64,000 nt of DNA from Zootoca vivipara (GCF_963506605.1 NC_083278.1:52452001-52516000); one strand, 5' to 3'; positions 1 through 13,704 are shown, counted from the first letter of the stretch. Notes: generated from the sequence alone by a model not told the origin. Program-made: numbers and translations.

Positions 1-1057
1 CAGATTAATCTTCCATTGAACTGCACCACCCCCAACCAAATCAAAATACAGTACTGTTGTTTTTATACTTTGTACTTTGCATTGGGGCATTTGTGGTAGG
101 TGATTGTGGTCTGCAAGACCACAGGGGCTAATTAATTGCCCCAAACATGATTGTGGAGAGAGCAATGAATTATGGATTGCCTGTAGTTGATATGACCAGG
201 ATGATTTCCTCCCCCTCCTCCCCCTCCTCCTCCTTGTTCTCCTGGATGCTGCCACAATGGCCCAGCAGCTCTGAGAGCAGAATTTGTCATTCCACTGTAG
301 TTCTCAGTTCCACCTGCTGGCAGCCACACAAACATCAATATAACAACATCCTTAAGAAAGTATGTATCAAGAGATAGTAGAACTGTTCTATAAACTGGAG
401 AGTGGCTGTAAATGTTTCAAAATGGACCTCTAGTACTTAGTACAAGCTCAATGTGAATCATATAGAAACAAGGGAAATCGTTTTTATTTATTTATTTGGC
501 TAGAGGCTTCTTTAATAGTTCATCAGCAATTATAGCTCCAGGCATACAGTTTTCTGGATCTCCTTCATTAATTTTTGAAGGACATTATGAGCCATGATTG
601 AAAGCATCTCGTTTACGGGAAGTGCATTTGGAGGTTGCATGATTGGCATTTATTGTTAAGAGTCAGTCCTTTTGCTACATTTCTCTCTTCAGCACCTCCT
701 CCTCCTAGACTGCTTTGCAAAGGAAAGGAGCTGGTTTTAACTTTGGATCCATTGTAATCAGTAGCGCTTTCTCACCACCACCCACAACACGTACCTGCAC
801 ATTTGGAAGCAAATCTGGGTTTGCTTCTGGGTGATGTGTGAAATGGCCTGCACAGATTGATACCACTCATTGTGTTGTTTGAATGTGGGAGTTTCATCAT
901 GGGTGACCTTGCAAAAATAAGTTTTGTATGTGATTAAGACAGTTTTTGCAAGATCTAAGCAACAATGTCCACCACCCCGATATCTAACAATCATAAAATC
1001 ATAATCATGACTAACTTTTGCTAGATGTGTCCTTTGTGGGGCTTTACTTTTTAAATT

Positions 1058-1557
1058 CTTAAAAAGCAGAGACATCACCTTGCCGACAAAGTTCCGTATA
1101 GTTAAAGCTATGGTTTTCCCAGTAGTGATGTATGGAAGTGAGAGCTGGACCATAAAGAAGGCTGATCGCCGAAGAATTGATGCTTTTGAATTATGGTGCT
1201 GGAGGAGACTCTTGAGAGTCCCATGGACTGCTAGAAGATCAAACCTATCCATTCTTAAGGAAATCAGCCCTGAGTGCTCCCTGGAAGGACAGATCGTGAA
1301 GTTGAGGCTCCAATACTTTGGCCACCTCATGAGAAGAGAAGAATCCTTGGAAAAGACCCTGATGTTGGGAAAGATTGAGGGCACTAGGAGAAGGGGACGT
1401 CAGAGGACAAGATGGTTGGACAGTGTTCTCGAAGCTACGAACATGAGTTTGACCAAACTGCGGGAGGCAGTGCAAGACAGGAGTGCCTGGCGTGCTATGG
1501 TCCATGGGGTCACGAAGAGTCGGACACGACTAAACGACTAAACAACAACAACAACAA
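1058..1557 (+). mobile_element. BovB (RTE-clade LINE), 5'-truncated copy
   Basis: ORF2 C-terminus open in one frame (VKAMVFPVVMYGSESWTIKKADRRRIDAFELWCWRRLLRVPW...). 3' end cacgaagagtcggacacgact plus a (caa)n tail. 12-bp TSD actttttaaatt at 1046-1057 and 1558-1569. Confidence 0.95.
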
Positions 1558-3660
1558 ACTTTTTAAATTGGGGGTGGGGGAATACATTATAGCTTAACTG
1601 AGACTTTTAAAACTAGAGCAATCTAAATAATGGAAAGTATTGTTAGCAACATTTGGGAAATTTCTCTTACTCTTTCCGGCATTTCATTCAGTTGATTGGC
1701 ATGTAACAATTCCATACTTGTCTATTTTGTGCAATGCTTTTGAAGTCCACATAAAAATCATATAAAAGTAAAAAATTCTGCTGACCATGAAAAAAAAAAG
1801 CTTCCACAGTGTCTCCCATAGCTTGTATGGTTGTGTTGGGCTTCATTATTTAAGAGAAAAATCTGAACCCTTAAAATAACCGTAGGATTTAAAGACATCT
1901 ACTCTGAATGCATATCCTGATCTTTTAATAATATGGTATTTTGGAATAAACCCACAATGTCCTATTTTGTTTTTGTTTTTTTAAAAAAAATCTAATTGCT
2001 GATGCTGCACTACACAGTTTGATGCTTAATCCCTTCTGCTAAGATTTGTGTCTGTATAGGTACTGAAATCATAAAACAACATTCTGAAACTGTGGTCTAT
2101 AAACTCAGCTAATGCTAAGATGTGTTGGTATTTTCGCACGAACTATGCTTCATTTTCCAGTTTGTAGTTTGTGCAAAGAATTGTCCTATTTAATCAATAC
2201 CTTTATGTTGAGCTGTTGCAAAACAGTGTTTCGTACCTTGCAATGGCACAAAGCGTTTTATTTTTGCTCAGGCAGTTAGTGTACATTAACCACTGTGAAA
2301 CTTGAATGTCTCTTAGTGTTAACCAGCTTCATCTAAAGGTCACAGTTTGTAGCTGTCATGGCTACATACTGGAAAACTGCAAATTGGAAAAGATTAAGTA
2401 TGGTCAAGCTTATAGTCATTTGAGGATGCAGTCCAACTGCAGGCACAAACCAATTCAAGTTTAGCACCTTGAATTCCATTTTGTTTAATTGGAGGAATTA
2501 CTGTACACACTCTCTCGTATAAATTGGTGGGGCTTAAAAGGTGATACATTGAGCCAGCCCCAGCCCAAGGCATTTTGCTACCAGAGGTGAAGAACAAGAT
2601 TGTGCCCTCAGTGCATTCCATGTGCAGAAACCAATTGGACTGGTAATTTAATCTTAGTGCCGCCAATAGGACAGTGTGCTCCACTACGCCTGAGGTCAGC
2701 CAGTTATGGGGCCACAGGACAGGCTAGTTATGTGTGGAATACACAGCTCTGTTCTCCAACAAAAGCATATGACCAGGGAGCATAGGAGAGACAGTTGTGG
2801 AGGGTGCCCCTGCTGGCCTCCAGCATTTGATACCAGAGGTGGTCACCTCACACTGCCTAATGGTAGGACAGGCCATGAATGCAAATGGTATGTCTCTTAA
2901 AAATATTGTTTTGTCCTCTCCTATTAGCTATTGTTTTTGAATCTATGGTTTGTTTTGCTTCTTAGGGAGAGCATTTTGCTAACTTGTGATTTAATCCACA
3001 TGGCGTGCAATCCCGACCCTTTGAAGTCAATGGGCACGTAGTTACTGATATATATCAATTTGCACAGTCAGAACTGTAGGCTGCATTTCCCTTGTGGTTT
3101 TGAAATCTAGTACAGTGGAAGCTGTGTTTTTCCTCGAGCATTTATCCTCTTTAGCCACTGACCCTTTAAGCCGCATCATAGATCACTTTACTTTCCAGCT
3201 AAGTCCTTTTCCGTTATATATAATCACACATTCATATACAGCAGCTGTATGAAGATTTGATATGATACCCAGTTTTTCTTCCAGATAAAGAGGTTAGCTG
3301 TGGTCAGCCCAGTAGCTCCCAGCATGGCCAATTTATATATGACTCAGCAAACAAATATCATTCTCTTAAACTCTCCTTTATGAAAATATTTCAGATATTA
3401 TGGGTGATATCTTGATGATATGTTTCCCCCCCCCCAAGGTGGCTGAGGTTTATGGGTATTTTTGGTTGAATCAACTCAATTATATTAATATTATGTGGGC
3501 ATAACCGGCTGGCAATTACTGACATTCTAAAAATGGATATCTAATACATGTTTGGCAAATTGCTAAATTCTTTAGCACATAATTTTCTTTGTAGCAAGGA
3601 GTTCCATAGTTCCGCTTTCCTTAAGCTAAATACAGACAACTTGCTCTGGAGGCTCTGGAG

Positions 3661-3900
3661 AAAAAAAGAACGAATTCCTATGCCCCACAAATAACCCAGA
3701 GATACATTTTAAATAAAAACATACATTCTACTCATGTAAAAACACCAGGCAGGCTTCACAAATAACCCAGAGATGCATTTTAAATAAAAGGACACATTCT
3801 ACTCATATAAAAACACGCTGATTGCCAGACTGTCCACGGGCCGGATTAAGAAGGCGATTGGGCCGCGTCCGGCCCACGGGCCTGAGGTTGCCTACCCCTG
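3661..3900. mobile_element. hAT-type DNA transposon end with two ~70-bp subterminal repeats
   Basis: Terminal gggccgcgtccggcccacgggcctgaggttgcctacccctg (reverse complement caggggtaggcaac, a hAT-like TIR). cacaaataacccagagat...aaaaacac occurs twice. Confidence 0.7.
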
Positions 3901-3989
3901 TTCTACATCCACGCCGCCCTCCTCTTTTATCCACTTTCCTTTCTATTCCCACTTTGCATTTTTATTGACGTTATTAATAATACAATAAA

Positions 3990-4255
3990 TAGACTTCCGG
4001 TGACAGTGCGCCAAGAAGCAGGCTGTGTTTGAGACGCTCCGCTCAACTTGGAGCGTTAAATTCAACAGCGTTTGTCTTTGAGGGGGGGGAGTGGCGCCAA
4101 AGCACCCCCGAAAAAAGCGGGAGTACAGGTCTCCCGCTATTCTATTGAAAAAGCAGCACGAAACGGCGGAACTGCGTAGCGGCACCTTTTGGAATGGTGG
4201 AGCTGCGGAGAGGAGCCAGCGCAAAATAAAGACCAGACAACGCTGCAGCGGCACC
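3990..4255. promoter_or_regulatory. CpG-rich patch (promoter-like, or an L1-type 5'UTR fragment)
   Basis: Abrupt CpG enrichment beginning gacttccggtg (ETS-like core) in a CpG-poor background. Confidence 0.4.
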
Positions 4256-5704
4256 CTAGACCCACCCCAAAATTATCTGTCTTCCAGCCTCATTTACTCA
4301 GTATGCACCGAGTTATGGCATGCCTGGGGGAAGGAGTATGCAAGTGAGGAGGCACTGAGCAGGCTGATGCTCACCTGGAAGTGGCTCAAGGCCCATTGGT
4401 GGGTCTTCTTGATCCACAAAGGAACACTGGTCAAGGGCATATTCTGTTCCAGGGGCAGCTTCCAGTTATTCTTGGACTACAGCCCCAGCCAGCCAGCATG
4501 GCCAAAGGCAGGGGTAATGGGAGTGACACTCCAATGGGCAACATTTGGGCTACCTCTGCTCAAAGAAATAAATGTTTTGAGTGGCATGATTTAGGGCAGT
4601 GTGGCCAGTTCTGCCGCACTGGGAGCCGAGCCTAGGGGGTGCTGCAGGGCATTGCAACTGTGAAGTAGTGAATTAAGCAGAATGGAAGGTGAGAAGTGAT
4701 GGGTGTGTGTATGTGCCAAAGTTTGGCCTCTCACAGGCTGCTGCTGAAATGTGAAAGATCAAACTCTGCCTCTTGAGTCTGCCTGTGGGCCGAATGGACT
4801 TCTCTTCATGGAATGGGCCTTCTCCTCCTTCTTGCAGTTCACCTCACATCCTCAGATCTGCTCCAGAGGGTATGGGGACCTGCCAAGCAGATCTGGAGAT
4901 GTGGGAGGCAGCTGCAGGAGAGGAGGAAGTGGAAGTCCTGTTCACTGAGCTGATGCCTACTTGTGTCATGTTGGCTATCACTTTTCAACATTACTGTACA
5001 ATACTGAATACTATGTTTTATTTTGAAACTGAATAAGATGTTTAATACCTTTTACAAAGGTTTAATATATTTCATTAAAGCTCAATTCTCTTTTAACAGG
5101 CCCTGCTTTCCTTTCTACATAGATCAAAGACTTTAACGGTGGAGCATTTTGTATATAATAACTCTTTTGAATTAGCATCACAGACTCCCTGAGGGAAAGT
5201 CCAGGTGAAGAAGCAGTGAACTGTGAAGCTGTCTTAGTTGCAGTTTCAGGTGACCTACATTTGCCTGGAAATATGAATAATATGGTGGATTTTAAATATA
5301 AATCCCTTTCATTAGTTTCGCCTGGTACACTCTGCATCTGACATAGTAGATAATGATGGGGGGGTACTAAATATTATGAGCAAACCCATTGAACAAAAGC
5401 TGATGAACTGGGTGTGCCTTGGGCTATAATTCACCCCTCCTTTATACCCAATAGTCCTTGGGAGGTTGGTGAGCAGGCTCCATAATGACTAGCTTGGAGC
5501 CTCTGTTTCTAGGGAAAGATGACTGATGAAGGGAGCCCTAGGATTATTCTGATGATTTTATGGAGATGGAAGACATACCAATTTACAGAGTTGAAATATA
5601 TGTGGTGGGATTTCTAAATGAGGATGGGGAGACTGCCAATAAGCTAAATGAATTAGTGTTAGTTTTTTCACTGCAGATGATGTTGGATAGCGGCTACTCA
5701 TATC

Positions 5705-5797
5705 TGACCCAGTGCACTGAGTGCATGTCTACTCAGAAGTAACCTCATTTGATTCAATGAAGCCTACTCCCAGGTAAGTGTATCTAGGATTGCAGAC
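5705..5797. mobile_element. Short old palindromic interspersed repeat (tactcagaagtaa...ggattgcag)
   Basis: Related copies lie near 10705-10766, 19405-19470, 43360-43450 and 54270-54355. Confidence 0.5.
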
Positions 5798-6918
5798 TGA
5801 ATCTTTGTTTCTTCAGAGAGGGTGTCAGAAAAAAACCTGAGTGAAATAGAGGTTACAAGGTATCACAGTAGAGATCCACATGTTAACTCATCTTATTTTT
5901 AGATGTTTAGTTTTAAATGTATGGCTCCATAGCTGAAAAAATTGCCAAACAAATCTGTTTCTGTTGTAATAGATTTTTTTTTAACTGAGGCTGCATACAC
6001 ACATTTTATTCTAGAATCAATGGAGACTTGTTTTTCCCCCCTACATAGTCAACATGTAATCTAGATCTATTGCTTATTCTCTGCCTCTGAAAAGTGCTTT
6101 TTGAGAAATGGTTTTCATTCGAGGAAAAAAGTTCATTGCAGATTGATTATGCATTATCCAGTAGTGTATCCATTTGAAAGATGTAGGTGGACCCAACAAG
6201 GTGTCTGCATGTATTCATGCCTGTCCAATGATGTTGTATGTAGATGGACATATCCCAAGACTGCAATAATCACATCCTCCTTCATTCACTTAGGGCATGA
6301 GCAGGGAAGAAAAGGCATGGATAGTCTAATCAAGGTCCCCCACCTCTCAAAAAATGCATATCAAGTAACTATGCCCAGCCTGGAGATAGCCTAGGACCAA
6401 TTGTAGATTGAAACCAGCATGTTGAGGAGGAGCAGAAATGATTCTGGAATGAGGAAAAACTACATTTTTGTGCTACAAATGAGTTAGCACATATGTAGCC
6501 TAAAACACAAAGTTTGACCTTGTGGTAAATGTAGGTTACAAATTTATTCAAACACTGCTGTCCTTTACTTCCTTAATGCATTATTATTTCATATCTTTAT
6601 TCAACGTTTTTAGAACATACATTCTAAGTCAGTGCACCCACTTCCTTCTTGTTGAGTCTGGGCATGCAAGATGAACACAGATTGCTATGATTAGGCAATG
6701 AGGTAGCTGGATATTTGTGAGTATTAGAAGCAACTGTAAGCAGTCAGAATGGGTTTCATTCACAGATGCAGCAGCACAAGTTTAAAAATGTTTCATTGCA
6801 AGGAAACAGTGTGTGGGGGGGATTATAAGTAGATGTCCAAGCCATTAATGCATTGAGAAAGATGCTTATCCAAATGATCTTTAAAACAACAACAACAACC
6901 TTATCCAGTATATCTAGA

Positions 6919-7440
6919 TATCATGAACTGGCAGGACAACGAGGAGGATGAGGATCCAGTGAGGGATGTAGCTGAGACTGGGACATACTGGGGCAAGCTG
7001 GAGATGGGGAAGGAGAGGTTGGTGTAGGAAGTACTCACAGGGTGAGGGAATGGGGACAGTGCATAGGAACCCAAGCAGGACCTAAAGCCAGAGGGGCCCC
7101 TATTTCCACAAACACAGCAAACTGAGGTGTAGGGAGCAGCCAGAGTGGCGCTCTATTCTAGGAGGCAGAGGCAGACAAAGACCAACAGCCCAGCTCATTA
7201 GCTGGCCAGGTGGGGCTCACCAACTCTGGGAGGAAGTGTGTGATTCTTCAGCTGGAGGAGGCCTGGAGCAGGTGAGGGTCACATGCTTCATCAAGCACCG
7301 ATGCTGCACTCAGCATACCAAGAGAAGTGGAGCTGAGGTGCTGTGTTTGCTCAACTGCCCATCGTGATTAACCTCAACTTGGATGCCCCAGGATCTCTGC
7401 AGGACTGTGCTTCAGGACTGACTTGCTGCCAGGTAGGCCA
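6919..7440 (+). mobile_element. Possible degenerate LTR (Gypsy-like solo LTR)
   Basis: Starts tatcatgaactgg (TGTCA-like) and is followed by a purine-rich gaggag block. Boundaries and TSD are unresolved. Confidence 0.3.
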
Positions 7441-7736
7441 GGGGTTCAGGGCACTAGATGATTTTTGTTGTAGTATTTTTAATTATTTCATAGAATCTAA
7501 AATGTAGTTGGGGGCAAGTTTTCTATTCACTGATTTTGAAATGAGCAAGTATTCCCTGCATATGAGCACAAGCACTGAAGGATCTCCACTATACAGTACT
7601 TAATAAGTAAGATGGTTTTTTGATACCTCTGCACCTGTATTTTCTCCTGTGTGAGAAATCTGCCATTGAATGAAATCTGGCTGCACTCGGCACATCTGCG
7701 CAAGTGGATGCTAGTTGCACTCTTTTTAGCACAATC

Positions 7737-7923
7737 CTGTGGGTTAAAGCCTAGGGCTTGCCTATCAGATGGTCAGCGGTTCGCATCCCTGCAACGGGGT
7801 GAGCTCCTGTTGCTCAGTCCCAGCTCCTGCCAACCCAGCAGTTCGAAAGCACGTCAAAGTGCAAGTAGATAAATAGGTACGTACCGCTCCAAGCGGGAAG
7901 GTAAACGGCGTTTCCATGTGCTG
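7737..7923 (+). mobile_element. Sauria SINE fragment (5' and central part)
   Basis: cctagggcttgcc...ggttcgcatccc (B box)...gcagttcgaaagcacgtcaaagtgcaagtagataaataggtac; homologous to 63528-63850. Confidence 0.9.
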
Positions 7924-8112
7924 TTAAATTGATCTTGACTGTACCTGTTATGCTGGTATTTTAATTTATTTGCAGTTTTCTTGCTGAGTTTTGGTGATTT
8001 TTGTGGTAAGCTTATTCACAATGCAGAGCAATATACATATTTCTAAGTGAAGGGGGCGATGAGAAATGGAACAAAACACTTGCTTTGCGACCCTGCACTG
8101 ATGAAAGCAGCG

Positions 8113-8167
8113 GAGTCTTGTGACACCTTAAAGACATTTATATCGTAGCATAAGCTTTCATGGACTC
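8113..8167. mobile_element. Penelope-like element terminal fragment
   Basis: gagtcttgtgacaccttaaagac...tagcataagctttcatggact resembles the ends of reptile Penelope elements. Confidence 0.55.
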
Positions 8168-9972
8168 GTGTCATCATTTTGGACCAGGAATCCTTGAATG
8201 CAAAGTCCTCTTACGATGGTTTGAATTAGAAAAAAAGGTACCCACTCTTTATCTTGTTCCTTGCATTAGTAGCATTTATTTGTCAAATTTACATCCTGTT
8301 CTTCCTCCCCAAGGAGTCCAGGGCAGCAAACAGATAAACAGTTAAAAAAACAAAAGCAAAGCGAAAACATTTAGAAACAGTTAAAACATTCAAAAAACAA
8401 TTTAAATTAAAAACAGTCCAAAAGCAATCACACTTAAGAATATACTTTTATTTGATGATCTCAGGGGTATTGCTGGTATTATTAGTTGCTTTTTACTAAA
8501 GTCTACCAGTGATTTATGTTTGAAAACATAAATAAAAATTTCCATTTAAAAATCATAGAAAAACATGCCCATACAATTCTTATATAATTACATTCATAAC
8601 CCCCCCCCCAATAACAGCTACAGGAAGCTTTGGCAGCACACTAACAAGAGGGGGGGAAGTTAGCTTAGTCCATCAAAGGTCTGGGCTAGGGGGAAGCAAG
8701 TATTTACCTGACACCAAAACTACCGGTAAGTCTGTGAAGGTGTCATGCAGACCTCACTGGGGTGAGCACTTGACAGATGGTGGGCCACAGCTGAAAAGGC
8801 CCTCCCTCCCTTTATGGCTCCTTTGGCATCTGTTTGCACATATGTACTACTTCTCTCAAAATGGCAAGGTGGCTTGGGAAACATCTGCAGGCAGCACATT
8901 CACCTGCAAAAGGCACCTAGCAACTTCCCAGGCCTGAAGAAAGGAAATGCCATTGGACTAGTTACCTCTATTAGCCTCTGCCAGTCATGTCAAGCCCCAT
9001 CTATTTTTTCAGGTGAGGATCTATTGCAGGGCGAATGCCTTTCTGCATACAGTCAGAAGCACCCGTGTTAAGCAATCCCTACCATCTCTGCCCCAGGAGC
9101 GAACCTGTCCCATTGTGTCACTCAAGCACAAAGGACATTTCCCTTTCTCTCTGACTCATAAGGTGACTTGCAATGCTCTCCCTCCCCAAATCTCTTCTGC
9201 TCCAATAAATTCTTGTGTTGGCGCCACTATGCCGCAGTGAGAAAACTGCTGAGTTTCTTACTGTAATATCACTCACAATTAGTTTGCATGATTTTGATTA
9301 TGCGCCCTACAGAAACATATTTTCAGCAATGTATTTGTAGCTGGCTGAGGTCCTGCATGATCCACAGTGTGGAATAACTGCTTCTATGCTGGTGACATTT
9401 ATGTTGAATATTTCCAAACCTCCCAATTTGGGGTGGGGCAACCCCCCAGCTCTTTTCCAAAAGCTCTTTTCCACAGTCCATTTCTGAATGTGGGGAACCC
9501 CATCATGCTCTCCATGATGTCACAGGGAGCACAATTGCCTTTGCATCCCGCAAATCACACAGTCTGCCGATGAACCCTCTTACTGCTTCTTTTCTTCCTC
9601 CTAAACTTATCCAGCAGTAAAGTTCAGAGTATATTTTGCTCATTGTTATTTATGAGGACTAGCAAACTTTTTTTCATTCTGTAAATACCAGGACTATGAA
9701 ACATTGCAGTTGTGTGTGTGTGTGTGAGAGAGAGGGGGGGGGTAGGTGGTGGTGATTTTCTGGATTTATGCATGTTTATTTCTTTATTTGGTCTGTGAGT
9801 GACATTATATATTTGTACCTAGCTTTTGTACCTGTTGGTGGTATAATTATACTCCCCCTGTTTATCTTTACAACAGCCCTGTGAGATAGGGTAAAGTAAG
9901 TAAAAATATATACATAAGCAGCAGCAGTTCTTGCCAATGGGTACTGATGGTGCAGGGGCCCCAATCCATATA

Positions 9973-10160
9973 CAGTGGTACCTCGACTTACGAATGCTTC
10001 TACTTCCAAAGGTTTCGACTTACGAAGTCCGCAAACCCGGAAGTATTTTCGCCGTGTGTGTGTCCTGCACATGCGCAAAATGGACACTTCAACTTACGAA
10101 GGATTCGACATCCGAAGAGCGCCATGGAACGGATCGCCTTCCTAAGTCAAGGTACCACTG
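9973..10160. mobile_element. Tc1/mariner (Tigger-like) MITE
   Basis: TIRs cagtggtacctcgactta / taagtcaaggtaccactg with TA on both flanks. Confidence 0.88.
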
Positions 10161-10325
10161 TATAGCATTTTAGAGCCATGAACTCTTGTTGGCATCTCTG
10201 TGGCCTTCTACGGTACTCATGCTCCTCTCTCTTTTGAGATAGGTTTTCCTTTCTGCATGTCTTAGCCCAGGGTGTACAATCCATACAAGACACATGAAGC
10301 GAAGTCCACCAGCCATCTATGACAA

Positions 10326-10650
10326 CATACCCTCCAACATTTCTTCGATGAAAATAGGGATACCCCATTCCATACTGCTAATTTTACTATTTATACCCCA
10401 CACATCTTACTGGGTTGCCCCAGCCACTTTAAGCAACTTCCAACATATATAAAAACGTAATAAAATATTAAACATTTTTTAAAAAACTTCCCTACACAGG
10501 ATTGCCTTCAGATGGCTTGAGGATCTGATAACGCCTTACTCTTCAATGAAAATAGGGACATCCTAAGGAAAAGTGGGATCAAATCAGAAACTGGGATAGC
10601 TTCTCCAAATCAGAGACCTCTCTGGAAAATAGGGACACTTGGAGGGTCTG
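10326..10650. mobile_element. Composite hAT-like MITE containing a LINE 3' fragment
   Basis: TIRs cataccctccaa / ttggagggtctg. tgacaa occurs on both flanks. The motif tgaaaataggga is duplicated. The internal segment is homologous to 13700-13823. Confidence 0.7.
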
Positions 10651-11834
10651 TGACAACTCACTGGGTGCTTAATAAGCTTTCTAAAAAGGGCTTCCATCTT
10701 ACCAGGGATATAAGCATCACTGAGTTTAGTAGGACTTACTTCTGAGTAGATATGGTTAGGATTGTGCTGTTTTGTTGCCTGCCTGGGATATAAAAAACGT
10801 GTGTGTTAAGTAGCCCTGGGAAGGTACAGTAGTGTGTTATGTTTCTTTCTTTTGTGGGTGATATTCTTAGCACAACATTCAGTTTCAGTTTCTTATGACA
10901 CCCTGGCATTTTCATCACCCTGTTCTTTGTCACTTGAATTTGTTTATACGCAAGGAACATTTTCTTTCATGAGTTTCTTCACTTCATTTCCATTTCTGAT
11001 TGTTCAAATAGTGTTAATGGCCCGTCAGCTTTGATAGGCGAGATCTTTCACTGAATTAATGCTCTAGGAAGAGAGACATGCTGACAACCAGAATTTTTAA
11101 GATCTAGTTTTGCAGTCAGTTGTGCTATGACTTTGGGCTTCGTGAAGACAAGCCATCATGCCATATACACTTGAGTGGGGTCCCGTTTGTGTGGCCAAGC
11201 AGCCAGCTCTTTCAAGCTTCTGAAGGAGGATGCAGGAACTTGTGAGAGATCCACGTGGGCAGAGTGGTAGAGGGCTTAAAAGCTTCAGCCGTTGAGCAGA
11301 CGGGGGCCATGTTGGTTTCTATTATCAAAGGTAGATCAACTGTAGATCAACTGAAGTTGTGATGTCCAGTTTTAATTTTTTAGAAAAATGGTATTTTGCC
11401 ATGCTACATATTTATCTTTTTTTGGGGGGGGGGACATTTCCCCATCACTTGAGTTTGTTTATTGTAGATGTTTCAACAATGCTATCTTACGCCTACCTGA
11501 ATCAAGCTGGACAGTGTGGGCTGATGAATCTATTTTTAATTCTTGAGTATTTGCTGCCCTCTGCAGCTGAAATGGTTTATTAGCTTCTCAGCCATTCAAA
11601 TACAACCCTGCATCAATGACTTTCCAAGCTCTTTAAAGCATGCCCTTTTGTCTTAATGCTGTAACGGTTGAGATAACTTCCCTACAAGGAAAAAGTTAGA
11701 AAACCTGCTGGAAAAAAATGAGGTTTGTACAGGGCTCCCAACCATTAATTGTGCTCACTCGACTGCTTCAATCTGTGGAACTGGCACTCTTACACGTCGC
11801 ACACAATACTCATTCTGTAGTTGTAAGAAATTGA

Positions 11835-12095
11835 TTTTTTAGCGTGATGGCACCTACAATTTGGAACTTCCTGCCTGACGTCAGGGAAGCACCTTTGCTG
11901 TGCTCTTTTCGGTGCTTGCTTAAAACATGTTTGTTTAGGAAAGCCAATCCAGAAATGTGATGTTGGCAAGTTTAAATCATTTTTAATTACCTTTTAATGA
12001 TCTTTAGCTGTTTTTAATTGTTTTTAACAGTTTTCATTGATAATTTTAATATTTCCAGAAAACTGCTTAGAAGTTTTACTACAATCAAGTGATAT
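11835..12095 (+). mobile_element. Old L2-like LINE 3' fragment
   Basis: gcgtgatggcacctacaatttggaacttcctgcc...ttaaaacatgtttgtttagg encodes a degenerate ORF2 end (APxxWNxLP), followed by a T-rich tail. Confidence 0.55.
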
Positions 12096-12361
12096 ATGCC
12101 CAGTGGCCCAAAAGCAGGCTCACAGAAGTCGGTATACAGCTGAAGGAAGGAAATTCCTCACAACAGATTATATGGGTACACATAACAAAGTGACCGTTAA
12201 ATTTTAGGCTGGCAGTTGGAAAGAATAGTGGAGTCAGATAAAAGGATTTTTCTTCTTTACTGATATTGTGAATGATGACAGCAAACTTGAGTCAAGAACA
12301 AAGCAGATTTTAAAAGCAGGATACCTACTTTGGGGGGTCCCTGTACATTTTGCTATTTTAA

Positions 12362-12363
12362 AT

Positions 12364-12398
<35 letters not shown>
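12362..12398. repeat. (TTTA)n microsatellite
   Basis: Read directly from the sequence. Confidence 0.95.
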
Positions 12399-13653
12399 CC
12401 TGAAGTAAGTAACATGGGAAGCTTCCTTATACTCAATGTTATGAGCTGCCAGTACACATTTCTTGATAAAAGTGGTGTGGGTGTCAGCACAATCAAAATG
12501 GCTGCCATGGGCAGCAATAAAAAGCAGAGGAGGTATTTCATAGCAGTGAGAGCCTGCATTTTAAAAAAAACCACTACTTGCACTGTATCAGACCATGGGT
12601 CCAGCTAGTTCTGTGTTGTCATCACTGATTGCAACACTGATCAGTTACCCTTTAATACCCATTAATAACTGCTCTGAATTTAAACCTGGAGAAAGATTTC
12701 ACAGCATAATAATATTTGGAACGGAGGTTCGAATCCACTTGGTAGCTGTAAGTCCAGAATGAGGGTTCCCACAGAGCAACAAATTATGAGGGAAAGGTGA
12801 GATTTGGCATTTGTGCCTTGCAGTTGCTGCTCAGTGATATAATATCCAGGTTCCCGGATTTTTCAGAGGGCACCGAAAAAGGCATTGGACAGAAGAAACA
12901 GGAATGTCCTTGAAAGAGGTACAGAGCCATTAGCTTTGTGCACTGGGATTGTTATTGCTGGCCTGGTCTTCTGGCGTGACAAGTCACATAGCAAATGGAT
13001 GAAAGGTACATCCGGTTTTAGCCTAAGGGAAAACCATCCATCTGGGTCATTCTTCAGTTGAAGAATTGCTCTGTTTTTTTATATCTGGCAAGGGACAGAC
13101 AGGTCTGTCTGCAGAGAGAATTTCTTAGCAGGAACAGATGGAATCTGAAGTAGAAGATTTCTCTTCTCTTCCAACACTTCCTATTAATAGTTAATATTTC
13201 AGCCACTCGTGTCTGTTTCAGATATCTGTAAGAGTTTTAGGTCTGCAGATAGCAGGGATTTAGTTATTCTCATAATAGTATTTCTATCCCACCTTTCCAC
13301 TTAGCATAAAATTCTCGAGGCAGCTTACAATGCAAATTAAAACACAATATTACACAACCGTCTTCCTGCAGGTGGATCTGAAATTACAGCCTGTCTTGGG
13401 TTGCCATCCAAACAAAAACAACTTCTTATTGGTGTCAGGGCAGCTGGCTTCTGAATCCGTCATCCTGAATGCACCTTGTCTCTAGAAATCCAAATACAGT
13501 GGACTGAAAGCCATTTTCTCATGTTTGATTTTAAAGGTTTCTGATTTTCAAAGCTGCTTTTCTATCATTTTCAGGCACCATCCTGTGACTAGCAGTAATG
13601 TGCTCACCTCTTGTGTAGCTTTCACTTTTAAACCAGGGCATCAGCACCAGCCA

Positions 13654-13654
<1 letters not shown>

Positions 13655-13704
<50 letters not shown>

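Noticed and set aside
758-1541. 208-aa minus and 153-aa plus ORFs as host genes
   Set aside because: They are a BovB ORF2 remnant and its antisense frame. The same applies to ORFs at 54369-54917 and 61301-61857.
4091-4594. 167-aa ORF at the CpG patch
   Set aside because: It has a GTG start and no recognisable domain, and it runs into an old MITE.
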